Below are positions 27,334 through 39,500 of a stretch of DNA of 64,000 nucleotides, in pieces. Below the pieces are notes generated by a model. The model searched no databases, was not told the DNA's origin, and saw only the letters and a list, made by a program, of their open reading frames with translations. The DNA is taken from the NCBI GenBank assembly GCA_000934665.2, contig KZ538048.1, positions 62,001 to 126,000 of the forward strand. Reading direction: 5' to 3'. Position numbers and translations under genes: made by a program. Position 1 is the first letter of the stretch, and each line of letters starts with the position of its first letter. This DNA comes from Catajapyx aquilonaris. Its lineage: Eukaryota.

Positions 27334-30300
27334 TACACGCAGGAACCCCCTAAGATTTTTGTGCAACAGGAATGCCAACCAGAAAGTTGAGGCATGTCCA
27401 TACCAGTGGTAATATATTTTTTTGGGTAGGACCATCCCCCAGCATGTATGTCTTGACTCTGTAGGTTGTCCCCAAATTGCGGCAGTTATGACTTTTTATA
27501 TCCTGGGCCAAACACTGTTACTGGACTTTTTTTGAGGCCTTTGATGGCCTGGAGAGCGGTCAGAAGAGCGATAAAGTCGCAGTTCCGCAGGGACGACCGA
27601 GATCAAGGATGAGAGCAATCTTCATAGATGCCACGCGTACTTTGGCCCCTTGGCTTTGTCTAGAGATTATACGAGTTCATTCAAGGAGACGTCCCCACAG
27701 ACCAGACTTTTTATCAAGCCTGTGACTGAACAAATGCTATCGATTGGAAATGGCTGGTGATTTTATAGCAGGTGCTGGTGGTGTTTTTAAAATCCGAGTT
27801 ATTTGTTCTGTTAGCAGCATGTACACGCATAGGGTACTCATTGCGGCATTAGAAATTTTATTCTCTATTTGGCCGCCAACCAAATATTCCAATGTGAAGC
27901 AAATCAAGTGTTTAGACAATGGCTGCAGGTCAATGTTTTTTAGCTGAAAAGAAAAATGAACTGGGGCCAAAATTCAAATGACGGATTACAAATCATAAAG
28001 TTATACTGGCAGACAGTTTAGTAATGGCCCGTAATAAGGCATAAATAATTTACCGCTCGTTATTCAGGCAGCCATCAGTATCAGGCCTGATGGGATCACT
28101 TGAATGTTGAAACAGTTTTATGCAGCAAGTGCCGGTGTAATATATATTCCCAGTTACAAGGCACATATGGAGGCAGCTTTCGAATCCCCACGAGCACATA
28201 TTTTTTTTGCTACTGCCCTAGGAGAAATTTACGCTTCTCAGAACAATGAAATGGAACGATTAAAAATAGGACTCGCGAGACAAACGTCCCCATTGGCCAA
28301 CACATCATCTTTCCTTCCCAGTGCCACCTGGTGCTATTGGAAACTTGCGGATGTGCCAATGCGAAAGTCTGGGGGATGTGCGGGGTGGTCTGGACGTGGA
28401 AAACGGGTTAAAAATGCACACAGCGGCCAGGGTTTACACCCGCAGGCCCAGTTACACTAGGAAGCTTGCCAAGATATCGTGGCCCACGGATCCCCGTCAT
28501 CGCCCCTTTTGCTTCAAACAAAATGACCTTTGCCAAATTCATGCAAACTGGGGTGTGGCTGGAGGTAGTAAAGGTTGCTGCACGTTAGTTCTACGCTCAG
28601 CCATGTGTGTATGATGAGATGGCACGGATTCAGAAGGTGTTAGTATAGCATTGCCCTTCAGGCTATTCTGTTTATCCTTAACACATCTGCAACATGTCCT
28701 TATTGCTTGTTCTACACGAGAAGTACTTACAGGCGAATAGTTCAAGCTACAAGAGCCTGGTACAACATGAGAATTGGTAGGAAATGGTGCGTGATCATTT
28801 GGCTAGATTTCAGTTGGTGATTCTGAAATACAGGGTCATAAAGCTGTTCTGATGGGGATTATCATAGAGTCGGATTCTAGCATGCATTCCGGAAATTGTA
28901 CATTTTCATTAGGTATAGGTCTGAAGTATAGGTCTCAAATAACTAAGCGGAGATGTCAGAAACAAAATGATTCGTATCGTTGCAATGGGTAGAATTGAAC
29001 TGATGAGATATAGCTTTTGCTGAAAGACCGCATGTCTTCTTGGGCTTAGGTCTTTTCGAATTTATAAGACAAATTGGGCTGGTTGACTTTGACGATTCCA
29101 GCTTCGTAATGGAGATAATCGACTGTCAGTTAGCGTTCCGTCATCCTATGTGAATGTTAAGGATATTTCCTATCATTCACTTGGATATCACAAAAGGAAA
29201 ATTGACGTGCGGTTATCTAGGTAACGAAGCCGGAATCGCCAATGTCAGCTGGATCAATTTCGGCTTAGTATCCAAGGAACTTGGCTGGAGAGGACGTGCG
29301 TACCTTTCCACGATTCTGTATAGTGTGTATACAAAATAAGGGCACGTTGTCAAACTATAATACTTGGTTCATTTGTGATATTTATTATTTGATGAGGAGT
29401 TTTGATCGTATATTTTGTAGTGTTGGCAAAAAAGTTGAACACCATACGGTATGTAATTTAGTGAAGTGAATATTATTTTGAAATCATTATGAGTTCGTCG
29501 CCTGACGTTCACGTGGTATAGTGACACCTATGCTTCTAGTATAATTATGAATATTCTCTGACACCTTCATGTTGATACAAGTATTTTGTTGCAAAAAAGT
29601 TACAAAAAACCAATAGGTAAGAACGGTACTGTTTCAATCACCTTCATGTATCGTGTGAAATGTTCAATCAATTTGAAAATTAATTTCCAACACAATAATT
29701 GAATCAGTGCGCCCTTTTTGGTACAGTATCAATGCTTCGATTACAATTATTTAACTTTTCAAGCTGCAATGGGTGGTTGACAGGTTCTTTGGGATAAAAA
29801 TAATAGCACGTGGAAAACAAAAATGCTACTACACACTGTTAGTACCGTAGACAGCACAATTTCAGTATAAATTACTGTAGTTTCAGTCCCTTTTCCTGCA
29901 ACATAGTAGGAGAATCCCTTGTACTATGCAAAATTGTTGATTCAATTACTTACTTGATATGTATACAGTATATCAAAGGTGTTAATGTTTCGAATTTTTG
30001 ATTTTTCCACTTCCAATGGCAAAAGGACTAAGAATGCCGAATGTGCTGTTTTTGTAGCGCAAATATTAGATTAGCACATTAATAAATATTACATTATGTT
30101 TTTGCAGTATAATTCAATATAAAATGCGCTTTGTGGTAGGCTAAACCTTTAAGGGATATACCATATATCCTGCAGTGCAATATGTTTTAAATTATAAACA
30201 TGCTTGTCATTGAATAATAGAATTCAACATAAAAATCTAGAATGATATGTCATTGATATATTGCCATTCACATAAAACATATGGAACTTTTTAATCCCAT

Positions 30301-30550
30301 TATGTGACTATTTGAAATTGGAGAAAAAGAGTTGAAAATTATCAACATTTTAAACTACAGAAATATGCAATGATTTTGTAATTTTATTAACTTTCACTTC
30401 CTACAATAGGCAATTTACAACGCAAATATTGGTGGGACAAGGAGCAGTAGCCTACTGTACTAGTAGATTACATAATTTCCAGAATTGATATAATTTCGAA
30501 TAGTCGCCTTTAAGTTGCGCTGCGATTCTCACAGAAGAATGAAGCAAACC

Positions 30551-30700
30551 CAAGGGGTAATCACTCGAGCCGGTGAAAAGTTGTACACTGGAGTACCAAA
30601 TTCAAGGAATACCAAGGGGTAATAAAGAGTGAGGTATGAGGAGTACCAGGGAGTACCACTCCCAGGTGTACACCGGAGTACCGAAGTGATTACCATCTTG
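30551..30700. repeat. Small element with imperfect terminal inverted repeats and internal GAGTACC repeats
   Basis: Ends CAAGGGGTAATCACT and AGTGATTACCATCTTG. GAGTACC x4 plus GAATACC. TGTACAC(T/C)GGAGTACC occurs twice. Confidence 0.45.
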
Positions 30701-33017
30701 AGCAAACCAATAGTAGATTTATTTTTCAGGTAATCTCAAGTAGCCTACTGCTATTGGGGAAGAGAAACTGTAAAAATATATCACTAGAAATAATGTGCTT
30801 TAGCCTACTATACATTAATATTTGCAATGCAGAACGATCAGAGTCACGATCGAGTATTTCGATATCGTTCAGACAACCTCAATATTGTTGTAGCAGAAAA
30901 CATAATCAACTATAGAACTGCATTACACAATGCAATGCCTAATTCAAATTTTTATCAGATCCTTTTAGTCCAACGTTTGTATATTATATGAATACACAAG
31001 AACACTCGATTTGCTGAACGATTAGAGTCACACCAAACCAAGTCTTCTTGTGTATTCATAAGTGAGTTGATTCGCCTCATTTGCATATCTTGAAAACCCA
31101 GCATAATTTTTTCCCAAATTCCTGAATAGTTTAAAATTCCTAAAAATTGAAAACAGCACCCGACACAAACACTTATCATCAACTCTCGTGACTGTAATGC
31201 CCACCAACAAAGCTCTATGTTTAAATAATGCTCAAGAAGCAAAGCGCTAATAATGAACCATGACACGGAACTGTCGAGGCCTAGACACCCCTTCAAACAA
31301 AGTATTGATCCCACAAGTCAAAAAGTTGCGACTCTTTTGGAGTGCAACAAGCACCATAACCACATCATACAACTGACAAGAACAAGCTTTGTTAGCTCCA
31401 TGTTAGAAAAAAAAGAAAAGAACAGGAGTCGCATAACTCCGTTGGCAAATTTTCAACTCGGAACGAATTCCTCCTAGCAGGTACTATTAGTAAAGTTTGT
31501 TAACCGGAGGTCTGGGGGCACAACTGCGAATAATGATTTGAGGGCCCACCTCGACCAAGTTCATTTGGTAAGCGTACGTCGTTCCCCACGTCAACAGAAC
31601 AAAAAAGAGGAGAAATTGACAGTCACGAGGTCTGCCAACTTTTTCTGCACTTCCAACCCCCCCCCCCCCTACACACACACACCCTACTATAGATTTGAGT
31701 CAGGAGTGTAGGGGAAGGTTCAAACTTATTTGACAGCAGGTACTTTTTTTTCTCCCATAGGTTCTTCCTATGGCAAAAGTAGCACCTGGAGGAAAAAAGA
31801 GGAGGGATTGTTGTATCCTCTTTGTAAAGTAGACTCAGGACAGATCGTGATGGCGGGTTCTCTGTTCTCTTGTCACGTTCGGGACCTCCAATTGAGAGGG
31901 AACGGCTCTCTAATAGTTTAATTCAATGCGGGTTCGGCACACCCGCCGGTGTTGCATAATTGCCGCCAATGACTGTACGATGTGGGTTCTCTCTCATTTT
32001 TTTTTGACTAATTTTTCGCACTACGGGTACCCAGAGCGGTACAGTGTATGCAGTGCTGCAGAGCAATAACGGATGAAATGATGACAACTAAATCAATGCA
32101 CTTTGTAGGCATTTCAAAGTTTATCTCCCTGACTGCCTGCACTATACTCGTAGTTGGGGATACAATGGGAACCGAATGTAATGATGACATTGATGAAGCA
32201 TAAAATGCGCACGTTTATTCGCCAGTTGGCAATAAACATGAAAGCCTATTGCACTGTAATTTTCGTGATTGACAATTGAGTAACGCGGTGGGATTATTAA
32301 TGTTGTGCTTCCATGTTGTCTAGCTCGAGTCGTAAACACGCGTCTTTGAAGAACATTCTGGTATCTCAAAGTGAAGCTATCATTCATTCTATATTAAGAC
32401 GTCTTCAAGTTCAGTCCTGATCCACGCATCCGCTTTGTGAAAAATACTTCAATATCTACTACCCCCAGAATTAGCTTCAACCTTTTAAGGGCATATGGGT
32501 GACTTTGTTCGTTCTGCCTTCTGGACAGGAAATGCTATATGATATATGCGGTACCGGTATTACAAAACCAAGTACCATATGTGTGGACCCAGTTGAGGTC
32601 TGGTTCTTTCTGGAGGGCAAAACGGTGATGGGTACTTTTTGCATACTTATGGTTTCGCGGTTTGGTTATGAAATAGTTTTTAGTCTAAAATAGAATACGC
32701 GTGATGGCTAGAAAAAAAAAAAAAAGCCGTTGGGGAGAGTTTTGGGCCAGTGAATCATTGATGATGTAGGATGTTCGAGGAACGAGTTGGAAGGGGAAAA
32801 AGCGCTGAGGCATGATTGTGGATTTGAATTAATAATACGCCTGTGTAGCTCTAGTCTCACGACGACATTGACGGGTTGTAAAGTCATCTGATAAAAAGGG
32901 ATGCTGCCTCGTGAAAAATTATTGCATCTTGACGTGAAACAAGTTCGTGTCATGTTAAGTAAAGAATAACAGACATTTAAAAAACGTTTAACTCGTAATA
33001 ACAATAATGGCAGGTGA

Positions 33018-33018
<1 letters not shown>

Positions 33019-33087
<69 letters not shown>
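33019..33087. repeat. (TAA)n microsatellite
   Basis: Direct reading of the sequence. Confidence 0.95.
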
Positions 33088-33091
<4 letters not shown>

Positions 33092-33561
33092 GTGCAGGCA
33101 AAGTAATAATAATAATTAGTGTTATTATTTCACAGTTTCGAGTATAATAAATTATGCACTAGCTACTAGCATATTAACGAGAAATGCTATAGGAGAGAGA
33201 AAGCAACACCATAGCGTAAAATATTTATGGAAAAATATAGACCGAAACCATAATTATACTATGTATCGGATAACCACGTAATTACAGCAGGGGCGAACCT
33301 ATCGAAACAGTGAACACATTTGTGCCGAGGAGGAAATTTAGCGACCTAGTATATCAATTATACTGTCCAATATGTTACACTACAGGAATCGTGGTCTAAT
33401 TTAATAAACTAATTACAAGAGTGCACAGTTGTACAAGTGCATGTTCAGTACACTGTAAAACGTGCAAAAAATAGGGTAGGGCAGTATGACGCGCATTGCG
33501 TTATTTTCAGTGCGCGGTTATATTCCGAGAAAAAAAGAGCATGATGAAACACCAATTTCGC

Positions 33562-33596
33562 AACTAACACATCGTAAGACAAGTGTATTTTAAATA
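33562..33596 (-). promoter_or_regulatory. Candidate TATA+Inr core promoter
   Basis: TATTTAAAA starting at 33596 and TTAGTT with A+1 at 33565 (TATA at -31). No linked CDS found. Confidence 0.3.
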
Positions 33597-36423
33597 GCAC
33601 CCGAGTGACCTCTTTGGAATCCGCGTGACTGTTAGCTGGCCGATTATTTCAAAAAATTCCGTCATCCGTCGCCTTAGCTAGAGTGACGTTCATTCGGATC
33701 TGGAGAAGAAAAAAAAAGTGTCGTCTACCATGCACAGCTGCCAATGTCAATTCTCTAAATAAGAGGAAGAGAGGACCCTCCGCCAGCTGACCTCACCCTG
33801 GCCAACTGTTCCAGAAATTGGAGGGAGACTGTATGGGGTTGGTGGAAGGTGGAGAGAGATAGAGCTAAAAAAAAAAATCGAATCTCTAGAGAGTTGGTCG
33901 TTTCCGGCGGAAGAATTCCAGCAAAAGAAGGTGAAGCTAAATCGCCGTTTAAATGAAGCCACGTCCCATTTAGTAGTCTTAATAAGAAGAAACTTGAACA
34001 TGTACTGTGCAGGAAGGCACTGAGGTCAGGTTGTGGAACTTGCAGCGCATGAGATAACGAGATAAAAGGAACTATGGCTTCATTCACGTAGATGCAGCAG
34101 CGTCTGGAAATACAGTGCTGTAACTAAATAGAACCCCCCACCCCCTATATACACCCTTCAACCACCAACCAGTTTCTACTAAACAACTTCCAAGTAAATT
34201 GCAAAATCTCGACTGCTACTCGTCAAACTCGAAAGATTTCTTCTCTGTAGGTTCTTGATATGCCCGGTCCTTGCGAATTTGTGCAAGCATTACGCAAATC
34301 AGCAGCCTTGCCTTGAGTAGAGGAATGCCGGTAAACTTTGTCCTAATCAATACATGGTAGAGAGTTAATGTGATCAACTGGACGGGGGTGATAACGCGGA
34401 TGAGGGTTCTTGTATACACCGGGTGCATATCAGCGATACCATGCGTGTGGGGGAACAGAGTAAAGGAAAATTTTTGCCAAGGAAAATTCCCTCCCAGAAT
34501 ACATCGTAGCCTCTGAAAGTTGAGTGAATTGCTTACTGAGCCTTGAAAAGTACTCCACTGAAGGACCTTTATTTAAGGGGTGATGTTATCCTGTAAAAAA
34601 AAAAAGAAGAGGATCCCCCAAAAAAACGTGAAGATCTGGAGGAAGGGCGAGATATATTCATATATAACTTGATTTTTTGCCGGCAAAGTCGAAATGGCTT
34701 GCATCATTTCCTGTTATGAGTCTTTTCGTCGCGAGACAGCAGTTCCAAGGGCAACCACGAGATGGGAACCACTTGAAGTTATAAGCTCTGCTTTCTTCCT
34801 TCCATCTAGCGAGTGCTGGGAAAATCATACTAGCCTATCATAATGCGATCAGGCTGAATCGATAGTGCTCAGTACTTCAGTAAGTAATGGAAGCTATAAT
34901 GAGCTATTAGCCCCTATTACAGTATATGCCGTGAAATGCAGGAGCCTTGATTTTTTTTGGTTGCAAAAAGCCAATTTTTTATGACAGTTTGGGTGCACTG
35001 TGCAGCAGTGAGGTATTGAACCGTAAGTATACAGGCGTCATGAATTTCCATTAGTTATCTACATTCAATGCAGGCAAAGGTAGTTTTAATTAAATGGGCA
35101 AAAAAACATTCCACACAGTCTCTGCACAGTTGCATTTAATGATGCTATTATTCAGCACTGAGTGAAACTTGTGTGTTGACCTGCGGATTACATTTAAACT
35201 GTTGGCAAGCACTAGCTAATTAAACATCCAAACACCTGTTTACGCTTTTATTAAGTCTAACAGTGTTCCAATTTATTTATACTCTCGTTTCAATGACTCG
35301 GAGTCTGCAACGCTATTTGTATACAAATTATCTGGTCCCTACAGGCTTGACATGCCTGTGTTAGTGCACAGGTAAATGTTTCGGGTGTATACAACGTTGC
35401 TTTATTTGTACAATTCACGAGGTCATCTAATAACAAAACTGTCGTTGCATATGCACACATTCATATTATTTACCTAGAGTTATATCTATGAAATCATAAT
35501 TTCACATAAACTTGCACCATTTTTACTGGATACACTAAACAAAGTTATGTGTTTGGGGGGGGGGGGGATATGCACGAATTACTACATCCATTGTTGCTTC
35601 ACCCTGTACAATGGGTTCCGTAAATGCATTACCACACCTGTATGAACTAGAGCTATGTCTTGGGCAGTCTAGTTATATTACTGAAGACACTTTGAAGGCA
35701 CATAATTACATTGTTCATGCCATCTTTTGATTGGTGGCTGTTGGCCCCAATTCACCGACAATGAACATTAAAAAATTTATAGCTCATAATCGCTTAAAAG
35801 GCATGTGGTCGGACATTTACGAAACACCATGTACCCGAATCATCTAGTATGATTCCAGTGAATGTCAAAACTGAATCGATGCGCGCACAAACCGCGGTAG
35901 GCCCTACTCCAACAGTACCGTAGGTGGGGAGCTGCAAGGAGTGAAGTTCAAATAACGTACGAGGTACACCGATATCAAAAAATATAACATTTTGACAGTA
36001 ACTAATATAGCACAAGTTTCTAAATCTGGGTAGGTCCATGGCTGATGAAACAATTGCACCGTACCCTGAAAACCTTTCTGTTGGTGTGTTCGGGTCTGCT
36101 TCACAAACGAGAAACCAATAGCCCAAAGAGGGCTTAATGTTGTTGGAAAATCATACAGGACTGAAGCTAAAACTGAAATAGCCTAGTTAGGAACGTAAAT
36201 AGCGGCAGTGAAGCATAAGTCCCTAATTAGACCATCCTGTTATTATGCTACATTAGTGACCCAAAAAAAGTGATATTTTCAGATAGAAGTGTACCTCTGA
36301 TGTGGCTTCACCCTGTATAAACAAAGTTCTTTCCCATGCACTCGGAGTTTCTCTGCAAAATAACAAGACATAATGGAGCTAGTGACAAAGGCCAGCAGCA
36401 ACACCATACTCTCTTGTACCAAT

Positions 36424-36524
36424 TTAGAGTCTGAGGACTAGGAAGGTCAACCAAAGTGCGGTATTAGCTGCCATGGCTAGTGAAGCTCCACTCTGTACTG
36501 TCGTCTCCGTCATACTGCTGGTTC
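36424..36524 (-). CDS. Klingon/Wrapper-like exon 11 (Ser/Thr stalk and GPI-type hydrophobic tail, stop)
   Basis: TSSMTETTVQSGASLAMAANTALWLTFLVLRL*. Candidate AATAAA signals on the minus strand at ~35406 and ~35278. Confidence 0.85.
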
Positions 36525-39500
36525 CTGAGGAAGACACTTTCAGAGAGTTTTTAAACCACATTTGATTTTTAAAATTAATTAGATTCAATGCTTACTTGGT
36601 TCAGTCGCACCTCCGGCTTGATCATTCATAGAAGAGGTCGCAAAATCCATGATTGCTATTGGTGATATGATTCAATTAATAAATATTCCCCTTTTTAAAA
36701 ATAACGATCTTACTTACTGGTTCCGAAAGTGGAAAACACGAAAGTGTCCGAGGACTTGCTCCAGCCGTACTTGTTCCTGGCATAAATCCGGAGTTGGTAA
36801 ATGGTAGCTGGTTGCAAGTCGGTAAACTCATAGGATTTGGTGTGCCTTAAAATGGTGGAAGAATCCGCCGGCACGGTGATTTCGGTCCATGGCTCGGGTT
36901 CCATTCCCGCAAGCTGAAAAGAAAGTAGATGCGAAACTTGCCGCGTGTTGAATTTCCGCGGATTAACAAAGCGACGGAAACCTGATATTCCTTGATCTCG
37001 ACGCGGTAGTCGATGAGGCGAGAGTAGCAATCTACTTCCCATGCCAGTGTGTAATTGGTTTCGAATGGGCTTTCCGGGCTGCTCAATATCACCGGAGGAT
37101 TAGGCTTCCCTGCAAGACATATCATGCCAGACCGGTCATGCTATACAAGGCTCAGCTTACGGTAGATGTTTGGTACCTGATAATTCGATATTCACTTGAG
37201 AGTCTCCCATTTCGTTGACAGCGTAGCATGTGTAGTCGCCAAAATCCTCGCTCCTAACTTTATGAAAACTGATGTAGTAGTTGTGGTCTTTGTTGCGAAG
37301 AGTGTGGGTAGAGCTGGTGATTGGCTCGCCATTGAAAAACCAACTAACCTGGCCAGAAAGAAGAAAAATTGAGCCGGTTATTTCTTATGGCTGATGAGGC
37401 CACGTGCATACCACGCAACAATGGCGGATAAGGCTGACCACGTGCATGCGACGCGACAATGGCGGATAAGGCTGACCACGTGCAAGAGCCATTTTGTAGT
37501 CAGCCTATACCTACATTTGCAGGCGGGTTGGCGTAAACAGTGCAGGAAATCTCAGAACTACTGTCTTCTCCTCCGTGGATCCAAGGCCTGTGCACTTCAA
37601 TGTCCGGGATATCTGCTCTCACGCGAGAGAAGGAAATTAACCGCTTGTAACACTATTTACCGGCTCGTTACCCCGGGCCGGTATAAACAATGCTTACGGT
37701 TAATCTGAATGTTAATGGCAGCCACGTCGGGCCTGCCCACCGAGTTGATGGCTTGGCACAAATACAGTCCGGAGTGGTGCCTGTTGACCCCGACCAGCTT
37801 CAATGTGGCTCCATCGCGTGGTTTTTCCTTCCCACTCTGAAAGTGAATTATTTCAGTGGATTTTTGTGTGTGCCATAGAAATGTCGCATTCCTCACTAGA
37901 GTGTGACTGACGAGGTGGCTCTACTCACCCTTCTCTGCCAGGTGATGTCCGGCTGCGGGTTGCCCTTGGCTACACAAGTGATGGCAATGTCACTACCTTC
38001 GTCCACAATGACCGGGTCTTCTTCGGACAGGTACAGTATCCGAGGCGAGGCTGCAATGCGGAAATGCAACATTTATCCTGTGGATTATGCAACTCCTGGC
38101 TTAACAAGGAAACTGGCAGTGGAGTGCAATAGAACTAATCAGTGGCCTGGCGACAAAAATTAATAAATCAATAGTGAAACCCAACTAGATTTCCACCTTC
38201 CATTTCTCTCCCCCCACCCCCCCCCCCTCTCCCGCGCCCATCACCTCTCAAAACTGCAGGATCCGCTCCAAACCCTCCCATTTAATTAATCCTGGCCAAA
38301 TTAGCAAGGGCTCTTCTCATTAAGCAGTTAGCATAGCCGTTATTTCCATTTGGAGCAACAGGAAGTTGTAATTACTGGAGGAGAGTGGGATGAGAAAATA
38401 TTCCGTCCCGTCCGCAACTCTCACGCACATTGTACAGTTGGTACAGTGCATGTAGCAGACTCACCCAATACGTTGAGGACGTGCATTTGCCTCATGGGTC
38501 TCCTGGTGGTGATTTCGCAAACGTACTCTCCCGAGTCCTCCATGGTGAGGCTGCCGATCTCTAGAGTGTAGCCGTTGTTCATTCGGATCCGGGACGAGTT
38601 CCCTTTGGGCATGTTCGTGCCGGCCAGGATGAGATTGCCTTTTTTCCACACTAAATCGTACGATCCTGCAGTAAAAGGACAGATTAATTTCCCCCAAAAC
38701 ACATGGGCTTCTGGATGTGACACCGCGCCTGTGTTGAATGCAAACTAACAACATTTGTATAATATATTATTATTGCCAATAACCTGACATTTTTGGACGC
38801 CCCGTCAAATTACATGCATTAAATGGGTGTGTTTGTCACACGCCTGGAACTAATATTGTTGTGTCATGTCAATAATTATTACACACACGGCGTGAAGCCA
38901 TGTAGTCACGATCAAATTCACTTACCTATATTACAAGCTCATTGTGGCAAATATTTGTCGTGACACTTTGTCCTCCTGCCAGGCGTTATAAACAGTCAAA
39001 TGTGATTGACACTTCCCATCGATCTCGGGCTTGGCTGGGATGTTTGCAAGCAAACCACTTTCGGGTTATCGTTGTATTTAGCCAAAACAGATTCAAATTG
39101 TATGGATTCAATCAGGCCCTTCAGTCGTCGTCGGGAAGATTGATGACCAAGAATTGCCCGCCAGAGACACTTACCCAAGTTTTGTACTTTGCACGGAAGA
39201 TGTATATGTTCCCGCTCGTGTTTCAACACCTTGGTTGGGTAGCTCAGGAACTGAGGAGGACCGGATTCGCCATTTTCGGCCAATATTCTTTTACATAGCA
39301 CTGAAAGTAAAAACAAGGTATTTAATGTACTACATGTAGAATATAGCGCCAGTCAATTTCTGCTCTATCGCTGGGTATGGTCCATTTAGTCACAACGAGC
39401 CAGAAAGCCAGCATGTAAACAAGTGCAGGATTATCTCAAAACTGGTTTTTTTGTAATTAGTGGATTATGATGTACATCCATGATATGTAATAAAGTTAAA

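Noticed and set aside
31319..31402. Signal-peptide-like mini-ORF on the minus strand (MELTKLVLVSCMMWLWCLL...)
   Set aside because: It stops after 27 codons with no convincing splice donor.
2800..33000. Longer track ORFs (e.g. 3287-3736, 5594-6085, 10700-11173, 14425-14928, 23121-23597)
   Set aside because: No domain motifs, homopolymer-derived composition, and no consistent splice structure.
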